Below, one piece after another: positions 50,767 to 59,801 of a stretch of 64,000 nucleotides of DNA; the stretch's first letter is position 1; every line of letters begins with the position of its first letter. The stretch is from Candidatus Nomurabacteria bacterium (GTDB lineage Bacteria; Patescibacteriota; Minisyncoccia; Phycocordibacterales; UBA9973): the NCBI GenBank assembly GCA_023267435.1, contig JAHFNH010000004.1:1236-65235 (forward strand), in the 5' to 3' direction. The position numbers and the translations under genes are program-made. The notes under the pieces are model-generated. The model was given only the letters and a program-made list of their open reading frames with translations. It made no database searches and was not told the DNA's origin.

Positions 50767-51696
50767 ATGAATATTAATAAAAAATATATTATTGTTGGGG
50801 TTTTAATTGTTCTAGTTATTTTTATTTTAGCTTTTTCGTTGCGCGGGCAAAAACAAATATCAAATCAATCTGGTAAGTTACAAGTTGTTACGAGTTTTTA
50901 TCCTTTGTATTTTTTCTCTTCAGTAATTGGCGGAGATAAGGCAGATGTTAAAAACATTACACCCTCTGGCACTGAACCTCATGATTATGAACCTACTTCC
51001 GGTGATATTGCTAACATAGAAAATAGTAAACTTCTTATATTACAAGGTACCGGTCTTGAAGCGTGGGGAGACAATATAAAAAAAAATATTAATCCGAATC
51101 ATACAACCGTTGTTGTTGCAGGACAGGAATTTATGAATCTCTCTATTTTAGAGAATGGTGTAACTATCACCGACCCGCATGTGTGGCTCTCTCCGCCACT
51201 CGCAGAAAAAATGGCAGATAAGATACTTGCTGGATTTATAGCTGTTGATCCTTTAAATGCGACTTATTATACAATTAATGAAACAAAACTAAAGACAGAT
51301 TTGTCTGCGCTTGATTCTGAGTATAAACAGGGACTAGCAACCTGCGCTTCAAAAGATATTATTACTTCTCATGCCGCCTTTGGGTATCTAGCGACAACTT
51401 ACGGGCTTAATCAAGTATCAATTGCCGGACTTTCTCCCGATGCCGAGCCGTCACCGAAACAATTGGTAGATATTGTAAATTTTGCTAAACTTAATAATGT
51501 TAAGTATATATTTTTCGAGAGTCTGGTCAGTCCGAAATTATCAGAGACAATAGCCAATGAAATAGGCGCGCAGACGAGTGTATTGAATCCAATTGAAGGT
51601 TTGACTACAAATGAATTAGCACAAGGCAAAGATTATTTTTCTGAAATGGAAAATAATTTATTAAACTTAGAAACAGCTTTACAATGCAAAAAGTAG
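50767..51696 (+). CDS. znuA: Zinc ABC transporter substrate-binding protein
   Basis: VVTSFYPL, EPHDYEP, DPHVWLSP, SHAAFGY. Confidence 0.9.
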   Translation: MNINKKYIIVGVLIVLVIFILAFSLRGQKQISNQSGKLQVVTSFYPLYFFSSVIGGDKADVKNITPSGTEPHDYEPTSGDIANIENSKLLILQGTGLEAWGDNIKKNINPNHTTVVVAGQEFMNLSILENGVTITDPHVWLSPPLAEKMADKILAGFIAVDPLNATYYTINETKLKTDLSALDSEYKQGLATCASKDIITSHAAFGYLATTYGLNQVSIAGLSPDAEPSPKQLVDIVNFAKLNNVKYIFFESLVSPKLSETIANEIGAQTSVLNPIEGLTTNELAQGKDYFSEMENNLLNLETALQCKK

Positions 51697-52454
51697 ATCA
51701 TACAAAAAATATTATCGAAGTTAATGATATTTCATTTTCTTACAATAAAGAAAAGGTTTTAAAAAACATTACGCTGGGCATACACCAAGGCGACTATCTT
51801 TGTCTTGTCGGTCCGAACGGAGCAGGGAAGACAACATTATTGAAAATAATGCTTGGGCTTCTTTCTAGTGAAACTGGATCGGTTAAATTATTTAATCAAG
51901 ATATAAAAGATTTCAAAGATTGGCAGAGGATAGGTTATGTTCCGCAAAAAGCTACGAGTTTCGATATCAATTTTCCAGCGACAGTGAAAGAGGTAGTACT
52001 AATGGGCAGATATGCGCACGCGGGACTTTTTCATAGAATGACGGAAAAAGATTTAGAATTGGTTAAAAAATCTTTAGAACAAGTTGAAATGTGGGAATAT
52101 CGAGACAGGCTTATCGGAGATCTTTCCGGTGGACAGCAACAGCGCGTATTTATAGCACGAGCGCTTGTCACGGAGCCAGAAATTATTTTTCTAGATGAGC
52201 CGACAGCTGGTGTTGATGAAAAAACTCAAAATGAATTTTATGCGCTTCTGAAAAAATTAAATCAGGAATTTTCTTTGACGCTTGTTTTGATATCGCATGA
52301 CATAGAAAGAATTACTAAAGAGGTGATGCACATAGCTTGCATCGATAAGACTTTGGTTTGTCATACCTCACCGGAAGAATATTTAAAAGATAGTCATTCA
52401 CTAGATATATCCGGTCAGCCAGTAAAAATTATTACTTCACATCATCACAATTAA
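51684..52454 (+). CDS. znuC: Zinc ABC transporter ATP-binding protein
   Basis: GPNGAGKTT, IGYVPQ, LSGGQQQR, LDEPTAGVD. Confidence 0.9.
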   Translation: MQKVDHTKNIIEVNDISFSYNKEKVLKNITLGIHQGDYLCLVGPNGAGKTTLLKIMLGLLSSETGSVKLFNQDIKDFKDWQRIGYVPQKATSFDINFPATVKEVVLMGRYAHAGLFHRMTEKDLELVKKSLEQVEMWEYRDRLIGDLSGGQQQRVFIARALVTEPEIIFLDEPTAGVDEKTQNEFYALLKKLNQEFSLTLVLISHDIERITKEVMHIACIDKTLVCHTSPEEYLKDSHSLDISGQPVKIITSHHHN

Positions 52455-52457
52455 TAT

Positions 52458-53261
52458 ATGTTAGAAAATCTTTTACAATATGGTTTTGTGGTCAGGGGAT
52501 TGGAAGCTGGTATTATCGTGGCTATTATTGCTCCACTTATTGGTATTTTTCTAGTGCTTAGACGCTACTCACTCATTGCTGATACTCTCGCTCATGTATC
52601 ACTCGCAGGTATTGCTGTTGGATTACTCTTTGGTTGGAACCCAGCAGTGACTGCATTGGGTTCGACCCTTTTGGCTTCATTCGGTATAGAAAGACTTAGA
52701 AATTCTAAAAAAGTATATGGCGAATCTGCCTTGGCTTTATTTCTTTCCGGTAGTTTAGCTTTAGCTATCGTTTTGCTCAGTCTCTCTCATGGTTTGAATG
52801 CAAATCTTTTTAATTATTTATTTGGTAGTATTGTGACAGTAACTTCAAATGATGTATTATCTATTGCGTTGGTAGCTATTCTGGTAGTTGTAACTTTATT
52901 TAGTTTTTATAAAGAGCTTGTCTATGTTTCTTTTGACGAAGAAGCTGCGAAGGTGAGTGGTATTCCTGTTCGTTTTATAAATACAGTTCTTATTTTCTTA
53001 ACTGCCCTCACTGTTTCTCTGGCAATACCGATCGTTGGAGTTCTACTTATTGCTGCATTGATAGTCGTTCCAGTGGTCACCGCGCTTCAGTTGAAAAAAA
53101 GTTTTATTAAAACAATTTTCTGGGCGGAAATAATTTCTATTTTTTCAGTTATTTCAGGAATTATAATTTCTTTTTATCTCAACCTTGCTACAGGTGGAAC
53201 AATAGTTCTCCTAATGCTTTCAATTTTCTCTATTGTTTTTTTCCTAAAGCGTAATAATTAG
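52458..53261 (+). CDS. znuB: Zinc ABC transporter permease
   Basis: LVLRRYSLIADTLAHVSLAG, YLFGSI, SFDEEAAKVSG. Confidence 0.9.
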   Translation: MLENLLQYGFVVRGLEAGIIVAIIAPLIGIFLVLRRYSLIADTLAHVSLAGIAVGLLFGWNPAVTALGSTLLASFGIERLRNSKKVYGESALALFLSGSLALAIVLLSLSHGLNANLFNYLFGSIVTVTSNDVLSIALVAILVVVTLFSFYKELVYVSFDEEAAKVSGIPVRFINTVLIFLTALTVSLAIPIVGVLLIAALIVVPVVTALQLKKSFIKTIFWAEIISIFSVISGIIISFYLNLATGGTIVLLMLSIFSIVFFLKRNN

Positions 53262-53419
53262 CTATTGACTTTTTAGATAAAACGTTATAAACTGTTGAAT
53301 AGTAATTGTTATTTGAAATTAGTGATTTTAATTTATATTTGTTTGAGTTATTTTGTATTTCTCTATGTTGGAATTCAAGATAATTCAAATAAATAGTAAT
53401 AATCTAAAAATCACAAAAA

Positions 53420-53713
53420 ATGAAAAAGCCTATTTCACATCAAGCTAAATTTGGTATAACCTTATTGCTTGCAGTTATCATCTTCTCTACATCTTGTGAG
53501 AAAAGACGCCCAACAACAATTTATGACAATCGATATCAGAATGCTAATGTAATAATTAATGATACATCAAGAAGTAGAATTGACACTTCTTCAGATGGAA
53601 ATATTACAGTTTATGATAATACAAGACAAAACGCTAATGTTATTATTAATCAACCGCAGGTAAATAATATTGATATTGATTCTAATGGAAAGATTGTAAC
53701 ACGGCGAAAATAA
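53420..53713 (+). CDS. Putative lipoprotein with a tandem ~29-aa repeat
   Basis: Lipobox-like FSTSC; two copies of T(I/V)YDNxxQNANVIIN...ID..S.G. Confidence 0.65.
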   Translation: MKKPISHQAKFGITLLLAVIIFSTSCEKRRPTTIYDNRYQNANVIINDTSRSRIDTSSDGNITVYDNTRQNANVIINQPQVNNIDIDSNGKIVTRRK

Positions 53714-53833
53714 AAAATAAGTTTTTTAAAAACCTTACTTAATATTAAAAGTAAGGTTTTTTTATTTGCTGTTTTATAAAAAGTATGCTATTATGGATCT
53801 ATTCGAATGAAGCCCTTGGGCTTTTTTTGTTTA

Positions 53834-53865
53834 TCGCCTCAACGGCGATCCGTCGAAGAGGCGGA
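53834..53865. repeat. Dispersed double-hairpin repeat, copy 4
   Basis: TCGCC-TCAAC-GGCGA-TCCGTC-GAAGA-GGCGGA, upstream of typA. Confidence 0.8.
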
Positions 53866-53893
53866 ATTATTATTTTAAAAGAAATATACAAAA

Positions 53894-55708
53894 ATGGAAA
53901 TCAGAAATATCGCAATCATAGCTCACGTGGACCACGGCAAGACGACCTTGACCGACGCTTTAATGAAGCAAAATGGAGGACTTCAAGATGAAGGAATATC
54001 AATGGACTCAAACGCCCTAGAAAAAGAGCGCGGTATTACTATTTATTCAAAAAATACTTCGATCAATTACAAGGGAACAAAGATAAATATCGTTGATACG
54101 CCAGGGCACGCTGATTTCGGTTCTGAAGTTGAACGCGTTTTAAGAGCGATTGATTCTGTGCTTCTTTTAGTTGACGCTGTTGAAGGACCTATGCCTCAAA
54201 CTAGATTCGTTTTGAAGAAATCTTTAGAGTTAGGTTTGAAGCCAATCGTTGTTATCAATAAAATTGATAAGCCAGCTGCTGATCCGCATAGAGTTCATGA
54301 TGAAGTCTTGGAATTATTTTTCGAGCTTGGTGCTAATGAAGATCAGGCAAATTTCGAAACAGTCTATGCTATCGGGCGCCAAGGTCTAGCGAAGAAAAAA
54401 CTTACAGATGAATCTTCTGACCTTTCTCCTTTGTTAGATGTAATTTTAGAAAAAGTTCCGCCGGCTTCCGTCAACGAAGAAGGAAAAATGTCTGCGCAGG
54501 TTTTCAATCTTGGTTATGACAACTTCTTAGGCAGAATGGCTGTCGCTAGAATTTACTCTGGAAAAATGACACAAGGAAGCCAGCTTTTTATAAAAGGTGA
54601 GAATGGTACAAGAACAGGAAAGATAACGAAACTTTTCACTTTTGAAGGAATAAACAGAAAAGATGTTTCAGAAGCGACGTCAGGTGATATCGTGCTTCTT
54701 GCCGGTATTCCAGATATTTATATCGGTGAGACAATTTGCGGAGATGAGAGCGTTGAACCATTACCGCATATCGCGATCGATGAACCAACTATTTCGTTGA
54801 ATTTTTTAGTGAACGATTCTCCGTTTGCCGGTAAAGAAGGAAAATTTGTCACCTCCAGACAAATCAAAGAAAGATTAGAAAAAGAACTTGAAATAAACGT
54901 CGGACTTAAAGTTGATTTTTCTCCCGACCAAGGAGAGGCGAAGTTCGGTCCAAGCTTCTTTAAGATTTATGGAAGAGGCGAACTTCACATTGCAATACTT
55001 TTGGAAAATATGCGCCGAGAAGGATTTGAAATGCAGGTCTCTCAACCAGAAGTAATTATTAAAGAAGAAAACGGACAAAAGACGGAACCTTATGAAGAAT
55101 TAGTTATTGATGTTCCGATGGAATCTTCTGGAGGAGTTATTGAAAAAATCGGCAAGCGCCGAGGTATCATGAAAGACATGACAGAGAAGGAAGGCATAGC
55201 TAGAATTGTTTTTGATATACCGACACGCGGACTTCTGGGTTATCGCGGAGAATTTACTGTCGATACGAAAGGTGAGGGCATAATGTCTTCACGAGTTATC
55301 GGTTTTAAGGAGTATGCGGGAGAAATAAAGAAACGCGAATACGGTTCCATGACTTCCATGGTTTCCGGCAAGGCGGTGGCTTTTGCACTTGCAAATTTAC
55401 AGGAACGTGGTATTATGTATATTGAACACGGAACGGAGGTTTACGAAGGTATGGTTATCGGAAATGTTCTTAAAGGAGAAGATATGGCTGTGAACCCCAC
55501 AAAAGGCAAGCAGCTTACCAATATGCGAGCTTCGGGAACTGATGAAGCCTTATTTTTAAAGCCTGCTTTCATTTTAACCATTGAAAGAGGTCTTGAGGTT
55601 ATGAATGCCGATGAGTACCTAGAAATCACTCCAAAGTCAGTCAGACTCCGAAAAAAGTACTTAACAGAGCTGGATCGCATCAAAGCCGGACGAGGAGGCA
55701 AGAATTAA
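53894..55708 (+). CDS. typA: Translational GTPase TypA/BipA
   Basis: [55 protein letters not shown]. Confidence 0.97.
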   Translation: MEIRNIAIIAHVDHGKTTLTDALMKQNGGLQDEGISMDSNALEKERGITIYSKNTSINYKGTKINIVDTPGHADFGSEVERVLRAIDSVLLLVDAVEGPMPQTRFVLKKSLELGLKPIVVINKIDKPAADPHRVHDEVLELFFELGANEDQANFETVYAIGRQGLAKKKLTDESSDLSPLLDVILEKVPPASVNEEGKMSAQVFNLGYDNFLGRMAVARIYSGKMTQGSQLFIKGENGTRTGKITKLFTFEGINRKDVSEATSGDIVLLAGIPDIYIGETICGDESVEPLPHIAIDEPTISLNFLVNDSPFAGKEGKFVTSRQIKERLEKELEINVGLKVDFSPDQGEAKFGPSFFKIYGRGELHIAILLENMRREGFEMQVSQPEVIIKEENGQKTEPYEELVIDVPMESSGGVIEKIGKRRGIMKDMTEKEGIARIVFDIPTRGLLGYRGEFTVDTKGEGIMSSRVIGFKEYAGEIKKREYGSMTSMVSGKAVAFALANLQERGIMYIEHGTEVYEGMVIGNVLKGEDMAVNPTKGKQLTNMRASGTDEALFLKPAFILTIERGLEVMNADEYLEITPKSVRLRKKYLTELDRIKAGRGGKN

Positions 55709-55820
55709 CACAATTATGTCAATAGTAAGTTTGACATCGAATTAAAAGAGTGTAATATATATAGTATAAAAAGAAATAAAGTTTTATTAAAAATCATTAT
55801 AAATTATTTTATCAAAAATT

Positions 55821-56849
55821 ATGTCAACAATATCATTTAAACCAAAACAAGTTACCAAAAAAATCACATCACATCTTCAAGACCGCGCCAGCGATGTCAT
55901 CATGAATCGTTTTGGTTTAACTTCCGAAGCTGAAAGAAAAACTTTGGAAGAGATAGGCAAGAAATACGGCATCACTCGAGAACGTGTCAGACAGATAGAA
56001 GACGCAGCTTTATCTTCGATCAAAAAATCTGATTCTTATAAAGCTGAACAAGCGATTTTTGATGAAATAAAACAATTGATAAATTCTTTAGGTTCAATCG
56101 TAGCAGAACACGAATTTTTGCCTAGCATCTCAAAAGACAAAGCTACTCAGAACCATATACATTTTTATTTGGTTTTAGGAGATGCTTTCAAGAAACACCG
56201 CGAAGACGATCATTTTCAGACACGATGGAGTGTTGATGATGAAATGGCAACCAAAGTCCATGATTCTTTGAAAAAACTTTACTCAAGTTTGAGTGATGTT
56301 GATCTTGTTCCTGAAAGTGAAATGATTAAAAGATTTTTTGATCAAATGAAAGATGTTTCTGATCAATACAGAGATGAAGAAGTTGCTCGAAGATGGCTTG
56401 CTATTTCTAAAAATATTTCTAAAAATCCTCTTGGTGAATGGGGTAAATCTACATCACCAAACGTTCACACGCGCGGAGTCAAAGATTACGCATTCTTAGT
56501 TATGAGAAAACACGGTTCTCCTATGCATTTCCGAGAAGTAGCTGATTCCATTTCTAAAACTTTCGGCAGAAAGACACATTATGCGACTTGTCACAATGAA
56601 CTTATTAAAGATCCTAGATTCGTTTTGGTTGGACGCGGAATGTATGCTCTAGCTGAATGGGGTTATAAGACAGGCATTGCACGTGAAGTTATTCGCGATA
56701 TTCTAAAAAGAGAAGGACCGCTTTCTAAAGAAGATGTGGTAGATCGAGTGATGAAAGAAAGATATTTCAAGAAAAATACTATTTTGGTAAATCTTCAGAA
56801 TCCAAAATATTTCAAGAAGAATAAAAACGGACTTTATACTTTAGCTTAA
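55821..56849 (+). CDS. Sigma-70 region-4 HTH plus RNA polymerase delta/HARE-HTH-like protein
   Basis: RFGL...TLEEIGKKYGITRERVRQIE; C-terminal PMHFREVA...HNELIKDPRFVLVGRGMYALAEWGY. Confidence 0.75.
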   Translation: MSTISFKPKQVTKKITSHLQDRASDVIMNRFGLTSEAERKTLEEIGKKYGITRERVRQIEDAALSSIKKSDSYKAEQAIFDEIKQLINSLGSIVAEHEFLPSISKDKATQNHIHFYLVLGDAFKKHREDDHFQTRWSVDDEMATKVHDSLKKLYSSLSDVDLVPESEMIKRFFDQMKDVSDQYRDEEVARRWLAISKNISKNPLGEWGKSTSPNVHTRGVKDYAFLVMRKHGSPMHFREVADSISKTFGRKTHYATCHNELIKDPRFVLVGRGMYALAEWGYKTGIAREVIRDILKREGPLSKEDVVDRVMKERYFKKNTILVNLQNPKYFKKNKNGLYTLA

Positions 56850-56855
56850 TTGATC

Positions 56856-56990
56856 ATGAAAGATAATAGGGGTATCGCTCATATTATTATAATAATAGTT
56901 GGTATCCTGGTTATCTTGGTGCTTTTTGGTTTTTTCTCTGTAAAGCGCGGATCAGGTTCTGGTCCCAGCTCTTTGCAAGCTGGACAATAA
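56856..56990 (+). CDS. 44-aa micro-protein with pilin-like leader and TM helix (absent from the ORF track)
   Basis: MKDNRGIAHIIIIIVGILVILVLFGFFSVKRGSGSGPSSLQAGQ*. Confidence 0.5.
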   Translation: MKDNRGIAHIIIIIVGILVILVLFGFFSVKRGSGSGPSSLQAGQ

Positions 56991-57045
56991 TAATCTGTCC
57001 CCAATTTATTTTGATTTACTTCTATTTTGTATTAAAATATAACCA

Positions 57046-58308
57046 ATGATTAATTCATTGGGTTTTTTTGTTTCTTATGTTTTTTCGGCAGTTTGGCCTG
57101 TCCTTGGATTGGCGTTTCTTGGCTATCTTGCTTGGCTTTTTTGGCATCATTATGTAGAACACGATTTTATTTCTGGAATTGATTGGGTCTTGCTTGAAAT
57201 AGTTCCTCCACGAGATGTGTTAAGGTCTCCCAAGGCAATGGAACTTTTTTTCACTAACGGTCTTTACCATTTGAGCAATAAGGGGTTTGTTGAAAAATAT
57301 TGGCTTGGAGCAGTTCAGTTGTGGTTCTCGCTTGAGATAGTTTCAATTGGCGGACAAGTTCATTTTTATATTAGAACACCTTCTCGTTTGAAAGGATTGA
57401 TTGAAACGCAGTTGTACGCGCAATATCCTCAAGCACAAGTAAAATTAGCCGAGGATTATACTTTAGCTGTAAATAATATTTCCCCTGAAAGCGGATGGGA
57501 TCTTTGGGGCTGTGAATTTACTTTGGCAAAACCTGATGCGTATCCGATAAAAACTTATGTTGATTTCGGTTTAGATAAAGATCCAAAAGAAGAATATAAA
57601 GTTGATCCTATTTCTCCGGTAATAGAACTTTTTGGTTCTATCGAAAAAGGTGAACAAGTATGGATGCAGATAGTCATAGCGCCTTCACAGAAAAAATATC
57701 ATACTCACGGCACATGGTTTGGACATCATGGATGGGTGGAAGAATCAGAGCATATGATGAAGGAGCTGACAGAAAAATATACAAAGAGTAAAGAAGCAGG
57801 TGAGGATGGTTTTGCTCAAATGTTACCAAAGTGGGTAAGTCCAGTTTTGGAAGGTATGAATACTAAAAGTACTAAAGCTGGATTTGATACTGGTATCAGA
57901 GTTTGTTATGTGGCAAAAAAAGAAAATTTTCAAAACAACAGCAAGCGTAATCTACGTTTGATTTTTCGACAATATGATATATCGACTCTCAATAGTTTCA
58001 AGCGTGTGAATACGACGAGCTTCAGTCATTTTTGGCAGTTTTCTCCATCTGCGCTTTTTAAATTGAAAGAAAGAATGCTTTTAGAATACAGAGAAAGAGC
58101 TTTTCTTTATCCTCCGCTTATTCATCATATTCCTATTCCGTTTCCTGTTTCATTATTTTTTCCAAAATATAATCATTCCAATATTAGCGTTCTAAACACA
58201 GAAGAGCTGGCTACGATTTTCCATTTCCCAGGTCAGATATTGAAAGTACCTACCCTCGAACGTATCGAGTCCAAAGAAGCTGCTCCTCCAACTAATTTGC
58301 CTATGTAG
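57046..58308 (+). CDS. Membrane-anchored protein of the type commonly seen beside or fused to VirD4/TraG-like ATPases in CPR
   Basis: LLEIVPPR, FSLEIVS.GG.VHFYI, QLYAQYP, YPIKTY, LNTEELATIFHFP. Confidence 0.6.
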   Translation: MINSLGFFVSYVFSAVWPVLGLAFLGYLAWLFWHHYVEHDFISGIDWVLLEIVPPRDVLRSPKAMELFFTNGLYHLSNKGFVEKYWLGAVQLWFSLEIVSIGGQVHFYIRTPSRLKGLIETQLYAQYPQAQVKLAEDYTLAVNNISPESGWDLWGCEFTLAKPDAYPIKTYVDFGLDKDPKEEYKVDPISPVIELFGSIEKGEQVWMQIVIAPSQKKYHTHGTWFGHHGWVEESEHMMKELTEKYTKSKEAGEDGFAQMLPKWVSPVLEGMNTKSTKAGFDTGIRVCYVAKKENFQNNSKRNLRLIFRQYDISTLNSFKRVNTTSFSHFWQFSPSALFKLKERMLLEYRERAFLYPPLIHHIPIPFPVSLFFPKYNHSNISVLNTEELATIFHFPGQILKVPTLERIESKEAAPPTNLPM

Positions 58309-58311
58309 TTT

Positions 58312-59253
58312 ATGGAAACTTCTCCAACAAATAATCCAGTTATTTTTCCCGATAATAATTTTAACCAAGATAACTTTTTAAAGAAGGCGATCTTTTATGT
58401 TTTTGGAATAATTTTTGTTTTAATTTGTTTTTATTTTTTATTTTTCAGTGCACCTGGTAATTTTCCAGCAGGTCAAATATTAAACATCGAACAGGGAGCA
58501 AGCTTGAGACATATCTCCAAAGATTTTCAAGCAAAGCATATTATTACTTCCAGAATAGCTTTTGAAACCTTTGTTATTTTTTATGGAGGTGAAAAACATA
58601 TAGTGCCCGGAGATTATCTTTTTGAAAATAAAACTTCTGTTTTTGAAGTGGCTCGAAGAATTTCATACGGAGATCATCATTTATTGCCGAATAAAGTTAC
58701 AATTCCGGAAGGATTTAATGTTTCGGATATTAGTAATGCTATGTCTTTGAAATTGCCAAGTTTCAATAAAGATAAATTCTTGTCAGAGGCAAAACCTAAA
58801 GAAGGTTATCTTTTTCCAGACACTTATTTTTTCTTCTCCACAGCAAATGAAGGAGATGTTTTAAAAGCGATGAGTGATAATTTTGATAAAAAAATAAAAC
58901 CTATTTTGCCTGAAATTAATTCTTCCGGCAAGTCTGAAAAAGATATTATTACCATGGCATCAATCATTGAACGTGAAGCGAAAGGTGATGCGGACAGAGG
59001 AGTTATATCTGGTATTCTTTGGAATAGGTTGAGTAAAGACATGCCACTTCAGGTGGATGCTGCACCGGAGACTTACAAGACAAAAGGATTACCAAGTAGT
59101 CCGATTTCAAACCCAGGACTTGAAGCGATAAAGGCTGCAATTCATCCAGAAAATTCACCTTATCTTTTTTATCTACATGACAAAAATGGTATTATTCATT
59201 ATGCAGTTAATTTCACTGAGCATAAGAAAAATATTGCAAAATATCTCAAATAG
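58312..59253 (+). CDS. mltG: Endolytic transglycosylase MltG
   Basis: VTIPEG, EGYLFPDTY, MASIIEREA, MPLQVDA, GLP..PISNPG. Confidence 0.92.
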   Translation: METSPTNNPVIFPDNNFNQDNFLKKAIFYVFGIIFVLICFYFLFFSAPGNFPAGQILNIEQGASLRHISKDFQAKHIITSRIAFETFVIFYGGEKHIVPGDYLFENKTSVFEVARRISYGDHHLLPNKVTIPEGFNVSDISNAMSLKLPSFNKDKFLSEAKPKEGYLFPDTYFFFSTANEGDVLKAMSDNFDKKIKPILPEINSSGKSEKDIITMASIIEREAKGDADRGVISGILWNRLSKDMPLQVDAAPETYKTKGLPSSPISNPGLEAIKAAIHPENSPYLFYLHDKNGIIHYAVNFTEHKKNIAKYLK

Positions 59254-59258
59254 ATATC

Positions 59259-59789
59259 ATGAAAAAACACAACTTATCTTTTATTGATATAGAAACCACT
59301 GGGCTCAATTTAGTTGAAAATGAGATTATTGAAATTGGTTGTGTTATTGTGGATACTTCTTTAAATATAGTCGAAGAGTTTGAGTTAAAAATAAAACCAC
59401 TACATATTAAAACTGCTGATCCTGTATCTCTTAAAATAACTCACTATGATCCAAAAAATTGGGAAGAGGCTATTACCCTGAATGAAGCTATAAAAATTTT
59501 AGCTGATAAAACAGAGAACACTACATTGGTTGGACATAATATTTCTTTCGACGCTTCTTTTTTAGAAAAAGCTTTTTGTGATACTGGAATTAAAAAGAAA
59601 TTTTTCCATTATCATTTGCTTGATACTGTTTCGATTGCTTTTACTAAGTTGCATGACAAAAGTGATATTGAGAAACTTACTCTTCATGAATTATGTGAAT
59701 ATTTCAATATAAAAAATGAACATGAACACACCGCGCTTTCAGATGCTCGTGCAGACTTCGAGCTTTACAAAAAGCTGATGAACTTGTAA
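59259..59789 (+). CDS. DEDDh 3'-5' exonuclease (DnaQ/epsilon-like)
   Basis: FIDIETTGL, GHNISFD, LDT, HTALSDA. Confidence 0.88.
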   Translation: MKKHNLSFIDIETTGLNLVENEIIEIGCVIVDTSLNIVEEFELKIKPLHIKTADPVSLKITHYDPKNWEEAITLNEAIKILADKTENTTLVGHNISFDASFLEKAFCDTGIKKKFFHYHLLDTVSIAFTKLHDKSDIEKLTLHELCEYFNIKNEHEHTALSDARADFELYKKLMNL

Positions 59790-59801
59790 AATCGAAACAT
59801 C

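Noticed and set aside
54915-54960. Short extra loop in TypA ([12 protein letters not shown]) as another palindromic insertion
   Set aside because: Only weak 4-5 bp stems and no similarity to the other repeat families; undecidable without an alignment.
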